Shown here: piece after piece, positions 10,234-19,407 of the stretch
Position numbering within the stretch: position 1 is the first letter of the stretch
How the letters are laid out: each line of letters opens with the position of its first letter
IMG/VR virus record: IMGVR_UViG_3300023174_002543
Location: 62,001 to 126,000 of that record
Length of the DNA: 64,000 bases
Strand: one strand, 5' to 3'
Made by a program: the position numbers and the translations under genes
Notes under the pieces: generated by a model
Told to the model about the DNA's origin: nothing
Databases searched by the model: none
The model's input: the letters and a program-made list of their open reading frames with translations, nothing else

Positions 10234-12510
10234 ATGGCAGCAGCAACCCTTACCTTCCCCTCACAAACGTTACTTAAGAACGTTGTTGTTCCAGTTGACG
10301 GAACAGATGCTGCTACCAAAGAATATGTAGATGGTAGAACAGGCGCCGGCAGTGTTGCTGCAGCCGGTTCTAATACACATATTCAATTTAATGATGCCGG
10401 TAGTATAGGTGCCAGTGCAAATTTAACTTTTAATAAATCAGGTAATATACTTACTATTACCGGTAACTTAGTATCAAGTAACGCTAATCTTGGTAATCTA
10501 GCAACAGCGAACTATATAAACATTGCAAATAATTTATCAGTCGCCGGCGATGCAAATATTACTGGTAACTTGACAGTACTTGGTACAGTATCCTACATTG
10601 AATCTACTACTACATATGTTACAGATCCTTTATATGAAATAGGCGGAGGTTCGCAGGGTACAACTTTATCAACGGATGATAATAAAGATCGCGGTACTAT
10701 ACTTCACTATTTTGACACTACTCCTATAGACGCTTTTATAGGTTGGGATAATAGTAATGCTGAATTTGCTATTGCGAGTAACGTTTCTGTAACTGATAAT
10801 ATTGTAACTTATAATAATTTTGGTAATATCAGAGTAGGTAATATTTTTGCCGGAAACGTAGTAAATGCTAACTTCTATACCGGTGACGGTGGACTACTTT
10901 CTAATATTATAGCATCTAGTGGTACTGCAACTACAGTCACGGCAAGCACACAACCAAATATTACTAGTCTCGGCAACTTAGTAGAATTGACAGTAGGTCA
11001 AGGATTATCTAATGTATACATTAATGGTTTTGGTAATATTACGGTTGGTAATAAGATAACTACTACCAATTTAACTGTAACCGGTAACTCTATGTTACAA
11101 GGAAATACAGAATTTCAACAAATTGTAACTCTAACATCCTCAGCGAGTAGTACAAATTCTAGCACCGGTGCATTGATATTAACATTAGGTGGTTTAGGTG
11201 TATATGGTAATATACATTCAGGAATGGGAGTCACTGGAGTTACTTTAACTGGTAATATTACTACCGCAAGTCAACCTAATATTACCTCTTTAGGTAATCT
11301 AGTAAGTTTAATAGTAGGAAACTCTACTGCAAATAGTACGTTTGGTAATGGAACTATAACTCTAACAGGTGCAGGTAATATTACAGGTGGTAATCTAGTA
11401 AGTGCTAATTATTTTACCGGCACATTAACAACCTCAAGTCAGCCAAATATAACATCAGTCGGGACGTTAAATAACACAACATTAGGCGCAAGTAACTCAT
11501 TATCAGGTGGTAATCTAGTAAGTGCTAATTATTTTACCGGCACATTAACAACTGCAACTCAACCAAATATTACAAGTTTAGGAACACTAGTAAACGTAAC
11601 GGTGTCCGGTACATCTAATTTAGGAAATGTAGGAAATGTTAGGATTACCGGTGGTAGTTCAGGCCAATACTTAAAAACAGACGGTACTGGAAATTTAAAT
11701 TGGGCTACAGTAGATACATCAAGACTAGCGAACGGTACTACTGAAATAGAGTTATTAGAAGACGGTAATATTAATTTTACCGTAGGAACACAAACAAATT
11801 CAGTTATTTTTGTGGATGATGGTAGTGTTGTTCTTGGTTCAGGTACCGGTGGAAATATCGAAGGTGCCAATGTTGTAAATGCAAATACTTTAGCAGCAAG
11901 TAATACAATAACACGAAATGGAAGAAACGTACCAACATTTGTTAGTTCAGGCACAATGCCAACTAATCCGTTATTAGGTGATGAATGGTACGATCAGGAT
12001 GACGACAGAGTTTATCAATACATCTATGATGGTGCAAATTATAATTGGGTAGAGATAAGCAGTGGTTACATCGCTGCCAATGTAGCTGCTCAAACCGGAA
12101 CATTAGTAGTAAGAGATAGTAATGCCAACGTATATGCCAACACTATACATGCCAATGCTTTAAGCGTTACTGGTACTGCTAAAATGGGTAGTATAGTCAG
12201 CGCAGGAAATGGACAGTCAGTATCTAATTCAACTGAAACTATGATTGATACCTTTCCCAAAACTTTATACAGGTCTGCTAAATACATTATATCAGCAAGA
12301 AATGATGATGGTTTCGAAGTGGCAGAAATGCTACTAATACATGACAATATGATTAGTTTTATACAAACATATGGTGATGTTAGTACTGGGACAGTACAAG
12401 ATATTGTAACTTTTAGTAGCAATATTGTAAGCGGAAACGTCTGTCTATATGCAACAGGGAGTAATTCAAATACATACGTAAATTTAGTATCAACTTATGT
12501 AACTGATTAA
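10234..12510 (+). CDS. Fibre-like structural protein ending in domain X
   Basis: 758 aa; DAATKEYVD, QFN..ASANLTF, DP..DRG module, four QPNIT repeats, GDEWY module, X domain. Confidence 0.65.
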   Translation: MAAATLTFPSQTLLKNVVVPVDGTDAATKEYVDGRTGAGSVAAAGSNTHIQFNDAGSIGASANLTFNKSGNILTITGNLVSSNANLGNLATANYINIANNLSVAGDANITGNLTVLGTVSYIESTTTYVTDPLYEIGGGSQGTTLSTDDNKDRGTILHYFDTTPIDAFIGWDNSNAEFAIASNVSVTDNIVTYNNFGNIRVGNIFAGNVVNANFYTGDGGLLSNIIASSGTATTVTASTQPNITSLGNLVELTVGQGLSNVYINGFGNITVGNKITTTNLTVTGNSMLQGNTEFQQIVTLTSSASSTNSSTGALILTLGGLGVYGNIHSGMGVTGVTLTGNITTASQPNITSLGNLVSLIVGNSTANSTFGNGTITLTGAGNITGGNLVSANYFTGTLTTSSQPNITSVGTLNNTTLGASNSLSGGNLVSANYFTGTLTTATQPNITSLGTLVNVTVSGTSNLGNVGNVRITGGSSGQYLKTDGTGNLNWATVDTSRLANGTTEIELLEDGNINFTVGTQTNSVIFVDDGSVVLGSGTGGNIEGANVVNANTLAASNTITRNGRNVPTFVSSGTMPTNPLLGDEWYDQDDDRVYQYIYDGANYNWVEISSGYIAANVAAQTGTLVVRDSNANVYANTIHANALSVTGTAKMGSIVSAGNGQSVSNSTETMIDTFPKTLYRSAKYIISARNDDGFEVAEMLLIHDNMISFIQTYGDVSTGTVQDIVTFSSNIVSGNVCLYATGSNSNTYVNLVSTYVTD
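11384..11552 (+). repeat. 49-bp perfect direct repeat, 120-bp period
   Basis: CAGGTGGTAATCTAGTAAGTGCTAATTATTTTACCGGCACATTAACAAC at 11384-11432 and 11504-11552. Confidence 0.85.
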
Positions 12511-12542
12511 AATAAAAATAGCAATGGGGATTGTTTGGAACT

Positions 12543-13094
12543 ATGGCTAATAAGTATTTTAACGTAAGACAAGGTCTCCAGACCGGAAATATAACGTTAG
12601 ACGCCACGACGGGAAATGCCAATGTAGGCAATTTGTCCACTACGGACTTGAACGTAGCTGGAAACTTAAATTCGAACCTAATACCTAAGGTCGCATCTGG
12701 CGTACCTTCAGTTCTGTCATTAGGTACCAATCTACAACGATTCAAAGATTTATATCTGTCAGGAAATGTCAATCTTCCTGGTGGACAAACACTCACTGGC
12801 AATACGGATACTGCTAGTTTTTCTGGGAATGTATATACCCCAGGTGCACTAACAGCAAACGTCATAAATGCCAACACTATAGCAGTAAATACAGAATTTA
12901 CGCTAAATAGTACTATAAATTCAACTTCTACTGATACTGGTGCATTTACAACTATGGGCGGAATCGGAGTGAAGAAGGATGTAACAGTGGGGGGTGCTAT
13001 TAATTTAGCCAACTTTGCTGTTACAGGAACAACAGTTAGAAGCAGCATTTACCATGATGATACTTCTAACTCAATAACGTTTAAATTTAATTGA
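12543..13094 (+). CDS. Short fibre-like connector protein ending SITFKFN
   Basis: Track starts at TTG 12531; ATG 12543 gives MANKYFNVRQG, which matches the paralogous N-termini; C-terminus matches that of 14047. Confidence 0.6.
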   Translation: MANKYFNVRQGLQTGNITLDATTGNANVGNLSTTDLNVAGNLNSNLIPKVASGVPSVLSLGTNLQRFKDLYLSGNVNLPGGQTLTGNTDTASFSGNVYTPGALTANVINANTIAVNTEFTLNSTINSTSTDTGAFTTMGGIGVKKDVTVGGAINLANFAVTGTTVRSSIYHDDTSNSITFKFN

Positions 13095-13107
13095 TAGGAC
13101 ATAATAA

Positions 13108-14004
13108 ATGGTAGCACCAACAACAATCGGAGCAAGATTATTAAATGATGGTACACTCTACACAGTGGGTACATTTGATGACACCGGCACTACAACAACC
13201 GGACATTCAATCACAAAAGAACATATATTTGCTGATGAATTAGACGAATTAGCACTAAATACCGGTGCCCCATCTGGAGGCTCGGTGTTGCTTAATGGAT
13301 CTAGTCAACGCATAGATGTCACTGGGTCAGAGAGTTTTATGTTTGGCACACAGGACTTCACTATTGAAGGATGGTTCGTATTATCGTCAACTTCATACGC
13401 ACGACTATGGTGTTTCCCAGACGGAGATAACGTAGAAGCCGTAAATGGTACCTTATATTACTGGAATGGTACAGGTAGTGTTTTGACCGCAGGTACGGGA
13501 TCAGCTCCGCAAGGTCGTTGGTTTCATGTAGCACTAGTAAAACGTAACGGTGTAGCAAAAGTATATCTAAACGGTGTAGCAGTAATTACTGATAATAGTC
13601 CATATAATTCAATATCATCAAGACCATTAAGTATTGGCGGTGAAGTAGGTCTTAGTACAGTTGGACAAGATCCAACTGCAGGATCAAGAGACGGTTGGTT
13701 AAATGGCAACGTAACAAATTTTCGTATAGTAAAGGGTCTAGCAGTTTATACAAGTAATTTTAGTACTGCTTATAACCCTCTTACTTCAATACCAAACACA
13801 GTTTTATTACTAAATGTAGTAAATTCTGGTAATTTAGTAACAGATAGTTCGTCACAGAATCAAACTGTTACCAATATTGGCAGTGCGACTTATAGCGCAC
13901 TAACTCCGTTAAGTACATACTTCAACGGCGCAATGAAACAATTGAAAAATGGTGCATTGCTACTAGCAAATGAGTTAGTTGAAACAGACTCAGTATTATC
14001 ATAA
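13108..14004 (+). CDS. Small core protein 'Z' carrying one inserted LamG/concanavalin-A-like domain
   Basis: DFTIEGW, WFHVALVKRNG, VTNFRIVKGLAVYTSNF; N- and C-terminal flanks align with the 76-aa ORF at 19149. Confidence 0.75.
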   Translation: MVAPTTIGARLLNDGTLYTVGTFDDTGTTTTGHSITKEHIFADELDELALNTGAPSGGSVLLNGSSQRIDVTGSESFMFGTQDFTIEGWFVLSSTSYARLWCFPDGDNVEAVNGTLYYWNGTGSVLTAGTGSAPQGRWFHVALVKRNGVAKVYLNGVAVITDNSPYNSISSRPLSIGGEVGLSTVGQDPTAGSRDGWLNGNVTNFRIVKGLAVYTSNFSTAYNPLTSIPNTVLLLNVVNSGNLVTDSSSQNQTVTNIGSATYSALTPLSTYFNGAMKQLKNGALLLANELVETDSVLS

Positions 14005-14046
14005 ACGTAATACATTAAACTTAAACATTCTTAAAGGAAAAATAAA

Positions 14047-17000
14047 ATGGCAAAATTAAAAAGCGGTACTAGAGTTTATGGTGATGCAACAGTCGACCAA
14101 ACACTAACCGTAGGTAATATAACAATCAGCGGTAACTTAGTAGTTCAAGGACAAACAACGTCTGTAGATAGCACAGTTACTAGAGTAGAAGACCCAATCT
14201 TTGAGATTGGTGGCGGTGAAGCAGGCGCGGCACTTACATCAAATGACGGTAAAGAACGTGGCATATTGATGCATTATTATGATGGCGCCGTAAAAGACGC
14301 TTTCATGGGATGGCATACAAGTAATGCACGTTTTGAATTTGGAGCAATAGCTACTGAATCATCTGGTAACATTACAGTTGGAACATACGGTAATCTTAAA
14401 GCAGGTGTATTCTTTGGTGATGGCGGCGGATTAAGCAATATCGTTGGTGGTAACGTAAGCGGAGACGTAGCAGCTGCAAACTATGCAAACTATGCAGGTA
14501 CAGTAACAGGGTCAGCACAAAGTAATATTACCAGTACTGGTACATTAACAAGTTTAACAGTTAGTGGTACAAGTAATGTTGCGGCTATTAGTTCAAATGG
14601 TGCTATTACTACTAGCGGTAGTATTACTGCAAATGGTGCTAGTTCAAATCTTACAATTGGTACATCAGCAGCAAATAATAGCGTTGCAAACATTTATGGT
14701 GACTTGAATGTTACCGGTAATCTAAATGGTACATTTACTGGTACTATCGGTGCTAAGGGCTCTAACACACACGTTCAGTTCAATGATAATGGTCAACAAA
14801 ACGGTGTTGCTGGATTTACATTCGACAAATCAACTAGCACAGTAAGTATCGCTAATATTGTTTTAGCAGGGGCTGCCGGAACTGCAAACTTTAAGGGTGA
14901 TATTAACTTAACAGGTACAAGTCAGACTATTGCTGGTGCCAACATTAAAGTTGATGCATCAACTCAATTAGAATTAGAAGGCGGAACAGCAAATATTACA
15001 TTGACTAGTTCTAATGTTAAATTAGCAACATCAGGTGGTACTGCTAATTTAGACAACACTGGTAAATTGACTGTATCTGGTGCTGCTGATTTTGCAGGCG
15101 GTAACTTCACAGTCACTACAGCTGGTAATATTGATGCTAAACGCGGTGATTTCACAAGCATCAAAAACACCGGATTAACTGATAATCAACTAGTGTTCAC
15201 TACAGGTAATGTATTGGGTGGTAATGCAGGATTAACATATGCATCTAACACATTAAGTGCTAATAACTTTGCAACTACAAATGCAAATATTACTGGTAAT
15301 ATTACAACTAAGTATAACAGTGGTAAATTATTGACTACTGATGTTGGTGGTAATTTAATTGAATCAAATGTATCATTTTCGTCAAATGAATTAACAGTTG
15401 CTAATGCTAATATAACAAATACTGCAACAATTGCTAATTTAAATATTACTAGTTTAACAACAACAGGTGGATTGTTATTCACTGGCGGTGCTAGCGGTAA
15501 TGTTACCGAGTCAGCAACTTTAACATTCACAGCGATTACTAACACACTATCTACTACTAATATTACTGCTAGTGGAAATGTAGTAGCTAATGCAATAACA
15601 TCTAATAACTTAACTGCTACACAATTAGTATTTGCTGGTGCTAGCAAAGAGTTAACATCTGATTCACACTTAACTTTCACAACAGTTAGTAACACATTAT
15701 CTACTACTAATATTACAGCTAGTGGAAATATTATTGGTGCTAGAGTTACTGCAAACAATGTGGCTGATTCTGAAATCGCATATGCTAACATTGACCATAC
15801 ATTGGTTGGTGCGTCTTCATTCACATATAATGCCGGTACAAGTACTTTATCTGCTCCTAATGTTGTTTCAAGTTCTAGTATAATAGGTGCTAAAGTTTCT
15901 GCAAATAATATTGCCGATACTCAAATCGCATATGCTAACGTTGACCATACTTTAGTAGGTAGTTCATCATTCACATATACTCCACTTACAGGCACATTAG
16001 CAGCTAATAATGTCTCAGTAACTAGTAATGTAACAGCTGCTAATGTATTCGCTAGTACTGTTGGTAATTCAGCTACAATGTTATATGGTAATGGTTATAA
16101 CATTACCGGTGTAGTTGCTAGTTCTGCTAATGCGGAAACACTAACTGGTACATATATCAATGCAGGTGTTACTGGTTCTAGTTTAACTAGTTTAGGTACC
16201 ATGAATAATATCACTATGGGCGGTGCTAATAGCATCAGTGGTGGTAATTTATTAAGTGCTAATTATGTCACAGGTACATTAACAACTGCAGCACAACCTA
16301 ACATTACTAGCTTAGGTAATTTAACTGCTGCAAATGTAACTGGTAATTTACAAGCAGGTGGTATTTTAACTGATAACTTGTACTATGCAAATGGTGGTGT
16401 TTGGGACTTACAACAAGCCGCAGGTGACACTAGTGAGATTCAATTCAACAACGGTGACAACTTTGCCGCAAGTGCTAACTTCACATTTAACTCAGGTTCT
16501 AGTACACTAACTGTAACTGGTACTGGTAATATCACAACGGTAAATGCTACAACAGTAACCGCTACAACTGGTAATATCACAACTGTAAATGCTACAACAG
16601 GTAATATCACAACTGTTAACGGTACAACTGGTAACATTACTACTGTAAATGCTACAACAGTAACAGCTACAACTGGTAATATCACAACTGTAAACACTAC
16701 AGATATTGTTGCATCAGGTAATGCTAATATCACTGGTTGGTTAAAGGCTGCTGATACAGTTATTACTGGTAACTTAACTGTTACAGGTACAACAACAAGT
16801 GTCAATACAACTACATCACAATTAACTGATCCATTACTTGATTTAGGTAACGGTGCAAATGGTGCAGCATTAACAACTAATGATGCATTTGATCGTGGTT
16901 TAGTAATGCATACACGTGTTGCGGGCACAAACAAAGACTTGTTCATGGGTTGGGATACATCTAACGCTGAATTTGTTATGGCTAAAAACGTAACAGTATC

Positions 17001-19137
17001 AGATAACGTTGTTACAGTTCCAGGAACTACTGATGCTGAAAAATTAGCAAACTTGGCTGATTTGCGTTTAGCAAACATTTATGCATACAATGCAAACTTT
17101 GGTGGTGTCGTATTCTCACAAGGTAATGTTACATTAGGTGCTGGATCATTCTTGAACGGTAATGTTAATGGTAATATCAGTGGTACTATTACTGTAACAG
17201 GTGGTAATGGTGCAATTCAATTTGCAAATGCAACCAATGCAATGACATCTAGTTCTAATTTGAATTTCAATGATTCTCTTGCTAGATTAACACTAGGTAA
17301 TGGAACAACTACCGGTGAACTTAAGGCTAATGTAGTAACTGCAAGTTATGTAGCAGGTACATTGACAACTGCAAGTCAGCCAAATGTAACTTCAGTTGGT
17401 ACACTAACAAGTTTAGATGTTACTAATGCAGTAACTGCAGGTTCATTCAAGTCTGACACATATCAGTATGCAAACGGTAGTCCAATCGACTTCCAAACTG
17501 CTGCAGGTAGTGCAACACAGATCCAGTTCAAGTCATCAAGTGGTAACGACTTAGATGCAAGTGCAAACTTAACATTTAATTCATCTACTAGTAACTTAAC
17601 AGTTAATGGTAACATTATTACTGGTGCAGGTTCTGGTGGTAATATCAGTGGTGCTAACGTAGTTAGCGCAACATTGTTCAGTGGTTCTGGTGCTAACTTA
17701 ACAAATATTAACGGTGCAAACGTAAGTGAAGTTGCATTAGCAACTAATGTTACTGCAAGCGCACAAGGTAATATTACTAGCGTTGGTACATTAACTGGAT
17801 TGACAATTGTTGCTAACGGTGACATTACTCTAAGCGGAGTAGACTCAAATATCAGTGGTGCTAATCTAATAAGTGCTGGTTACTTTAGTGGTAATGGTAG
17901 CGCATTGACTGGTGTAACTGCTACGTCAATGAATGCAGCTAATTTGACTGGTTCAACATTGTCAAGCAATGTAACAGGTTCTAGTTTAACTAGTGTTGGT
18001 ACATTAACAAGTTTAACTGTAACTGGTTCTATCACATCATCTACTGGTGACTTAGTTGCAACACTTGGTAATGTAAGTGGTAATGTTATTACAGGTACTA
18101 CATTAACTGGTACATTAAGTACTGCAGCACAACCAAACATTACAAGTGTTGGTACATTAACAAGTTTAACTGTTGCTAATACAGGTGGTTCTGGTAACAT
18201 TACTGCTGATAATGTATTTGCTAATGCAGGTATTGTAAGTGGTCAATACTTATACGGTAATGGTATAAACATCTCTAACATTGCTGGTGCTAACGTAAGT
18301 GGTTATGTACAGAATGCTAATATTGCAAATGTTGCTTACGCAGTGGCTGCAGGTAACATCACAGGTACTACATTGAACAGCAACATTGTAACTTCTAGTT
18401 TAACAACTGTTGGTACATTGGGTAGTTTAAGTGTAACTGCTACTATTACTGCTGGTAATGTACTTGCTAGTAATATTGGTAATGCAACAACAATCTTACG
18501 TGGTGATGGTGCTAATATTACAGGTGTAACAGCTAGTGCAATTGATGCAGGTAATTTAACTGGTCAAACATTATCAAGCAATGTAATTTACAGTAGCTTA
18601 ACATCTGTTGGTACACTAAGTGGACTAACTTCTAACGGTACTGTAAACTTTACTACTGCAAGTAACGTATCATTGGGCCCAGTCGCTAATGTTCATATTA
18701 CAGGCGGTACAACTGGTCAATATCTACAAACTGATGGTTCTGGTACATTAAGTTGGTCAACTGTCTCATTATCAAATATCAATAATGGTACAAGTAATGT
18801 CTCAGTAGCTAACAACGGTAACGTAACTGCCGCAATAGCCGGTAGTAATGTCATCACTATCGCTACAGCTGGATTAACTGTAACAGGTATCATTGAAGCA
18901 ACAGGAAATATTCTTGGTAATAATATTACTAGCAATAATTTCATTACTGCTAATGGTACAACTGCTGCAACAAGTGCAGCAACTGGTGCAATTAAATCAG
19001 AAGGGGGTATATCTGCTAAAGGTAACATCTACACAGGTGATGCATTAGGTTTCGCACATGGTTCTGGTAACACAGATAGTGCTGCATACATCAAATATAA
19101 CGCAACTGCAGGTAGCATAGACTTTATCTTCAATTAA
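14047..19137 (+). CDS. Long repetitive fibre protein (1696 aa)
   Basis: Starts MAKLKSGTRVYG; two DP..DRG modules, several QFN modules and QPNIT-type repeats, pentapeptide repeat; ends SIDFIFN. Confidence 0.7.
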   Translation: MAKLKSGTRVYGDATVDQTLTVGNITISGNLVVQGQTTSVDSTVTRVEDPIFEIGGGEAGAALTSNDGKERGILMHYYDGAVKDAFMGWHTSNARFEFGAIATESSGNITVGTYGNLKAGVFFGDGGGLSNIVGGNVSGDVAAANYANYAGTVTGSAQSNITSTGTLTSLTVSGTSNVAAISSNGAITTSGSITANGASSNLTIGTSAANNSVANIYGDLNVTGNLNGTFTGTIGAKGSNTHVQFNDNGQQNGVAGFTFDKSTSTVSIANIVLAGAAGTANFKGDINLTGTSQTIAGANIKVDASTQLELEGGTANITLTSSNVKLATSGGTANLDNTGKLTVSGAADFAGGNFTVTTAGNIDAKRGDFTSIKNTGLTDNQLVFTTGNVLGGNAGLTYASNTLSANNFATTNANITGNITTKYNSGKLLTTDVGGNLIESNVSFSSNELTVANANITNTATIANLNITSLTTTGGLLFTGGASGNVTESATLTFTAITNTLSTTNITASGNVVANAITSNNLTATQLVFAGASKELTSDSHLTFTTVSNTLSTTNITASGNIIGARVTANNVADSEIAYANIDHTLVGASSFTYNAGTSTLSAPNVVSSSSIIGAKVSANNIADTQIAYANVDHTLVGSSSFTYTPLTGTLAANNVSVTSNVTAANVFASTVGNSATMLYGNGYNITGVVASSANAETLTGTYINAGVTGSSLTSLGTMNNITMGGANSISGGNLLSANYVTGTLTTAAQPNITSLGNLTAANVTGNLQAGGILTDNLYYANGGVWDLQQAAGDTSEIQFNNGDNFAASANFTFNSGSSTLTVTGTGNITTVNATTVTATTGNITTVNATTGNITTVNGTTGNITTVNATTVTATTGNITTVNTTDIVASGNANITGWLKAADTVITGNLTVTGTTTSVNTTTSQLTDPLLDLGNGANGAALTTNDAFDRGLVMHTRVAGTNKDLFMGWDTSNAEFVMAKNVTVSDNVVTVPGTTDAEKLANLADLRLANIYAYNANFGGVVFSQGNVTLGAGSFLNGNVNGNISGTITVTGGNGAIQFANATNAMTSSSNLNFNDSLARLTLGNGTTTGELKANVVTASYVAGTLTTASQPNVTSVGTLTSLDVTNAVTAGSFKSDTYQYANGSPIDFQTAAGSATQIQFKSSSGNDLDASANLTFNSSTSNLTVNGNIITGAGSGGNISGANVVSATLFSGSGANLTNINGANVSEVALATNVTASAQGNITSVGTLTGLTIVANGDITLSGVDSNISGANLISAGYFSGNGSALTGVTATSMNAANLTGSTLSSNVTGSSLTSVGTLTSLTVTGSITSSTGDLVATLGNVSGNVITGTTLTGTLSTAAQPNITSVGTLTSLTVANTGGSGNITADNVFANAGIVSGQYLYGNGINISNIAGANVSGYVQNANIANVAYAVAAGNITGTTLNSNIVTSSLTTVGTLGSLSVTATITAGNVLASNIGNATTILRGDGANITGVTASAIDAGNLTGQTLSSNVIYSSLTSVGTLSGLTSNGTVNFTTASNVSLGPVANVHITGGTTGQYLQTDGSGTLSWSTVSLSNINNGTSNVSVANNGNVTAAIAGSNVITIATAGLTVTGIIEATGNILGNNITSNNFITANGTTAATSAATGAIKSEGGISAKGNIYTGDALGFAHGSGNTDSAAYIKYNATAGSIDFIFN
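16525..16704 (+). repeat. Coding tandem repeat of 12 pentapeptides (GNITT/VNATT/VTATT)
   Basis: Read directly from the translation; 15-nt periodicity in the DNA. Confidence 0.85.
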
Positions 19138-19148
19138 GGAGATAGGTC

Positions 19149-19379
19149 ATGACATCTAATGTTGCGGCTAGACTAGATAGATCCGGAAAGTTCTACACCA
19201 GAGATGGTGTAGTGCTTGACGAGGTTACTCAATCAACTCACGGTATTACGCCAACAAAGGTATATGCAGGTGAGTTGGATGAAGTGACAACTCCGGACAG
19301 TAATAGGGTCATGCAGCAAAAGAAAACGGGTAAACTTATTATTTCAGGAGTTTTTGACGAGGTGTCTGGAATAACATAA
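19149..19379 (+). CDS. Small core protein 'Z' (76 aa) without insert
   Basis: AAGGAG RBS; ARL..SG.FYT..G..LDE and MQQKKTGKLIISG.FDE align with the flanks of 13108. Confidence 0.75.
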   Translation: MTSNVAARLDRSGKFYTRDGVVLDEVTQSTHGITPTKVYAGELDEVTTPDSNRVMQQKKTGKLIISGVFDEVSGIT

Positions 19380-19382
19380 GTA
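19376..19382 (+). promoter_or_regulatory. Late promoter-like ATAAGTA
   Basis: One mismatch to ATAAATA; overlaps a stop codon, 26 nt upstream of the ATG at 19408. Confidence 0.35.
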
Positions 19383-19407
19383 ATAGTATAGGAATAAACC
19401 AGAGACC

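Noticed and set aside
12531-12542. Track start codons at TTG 12531 and TTG 44111
   Set aside because: Downstream ATGs fit better: 12543 matches the paralogous N-termini, and 44156 avoids overlap with the upstream gene.
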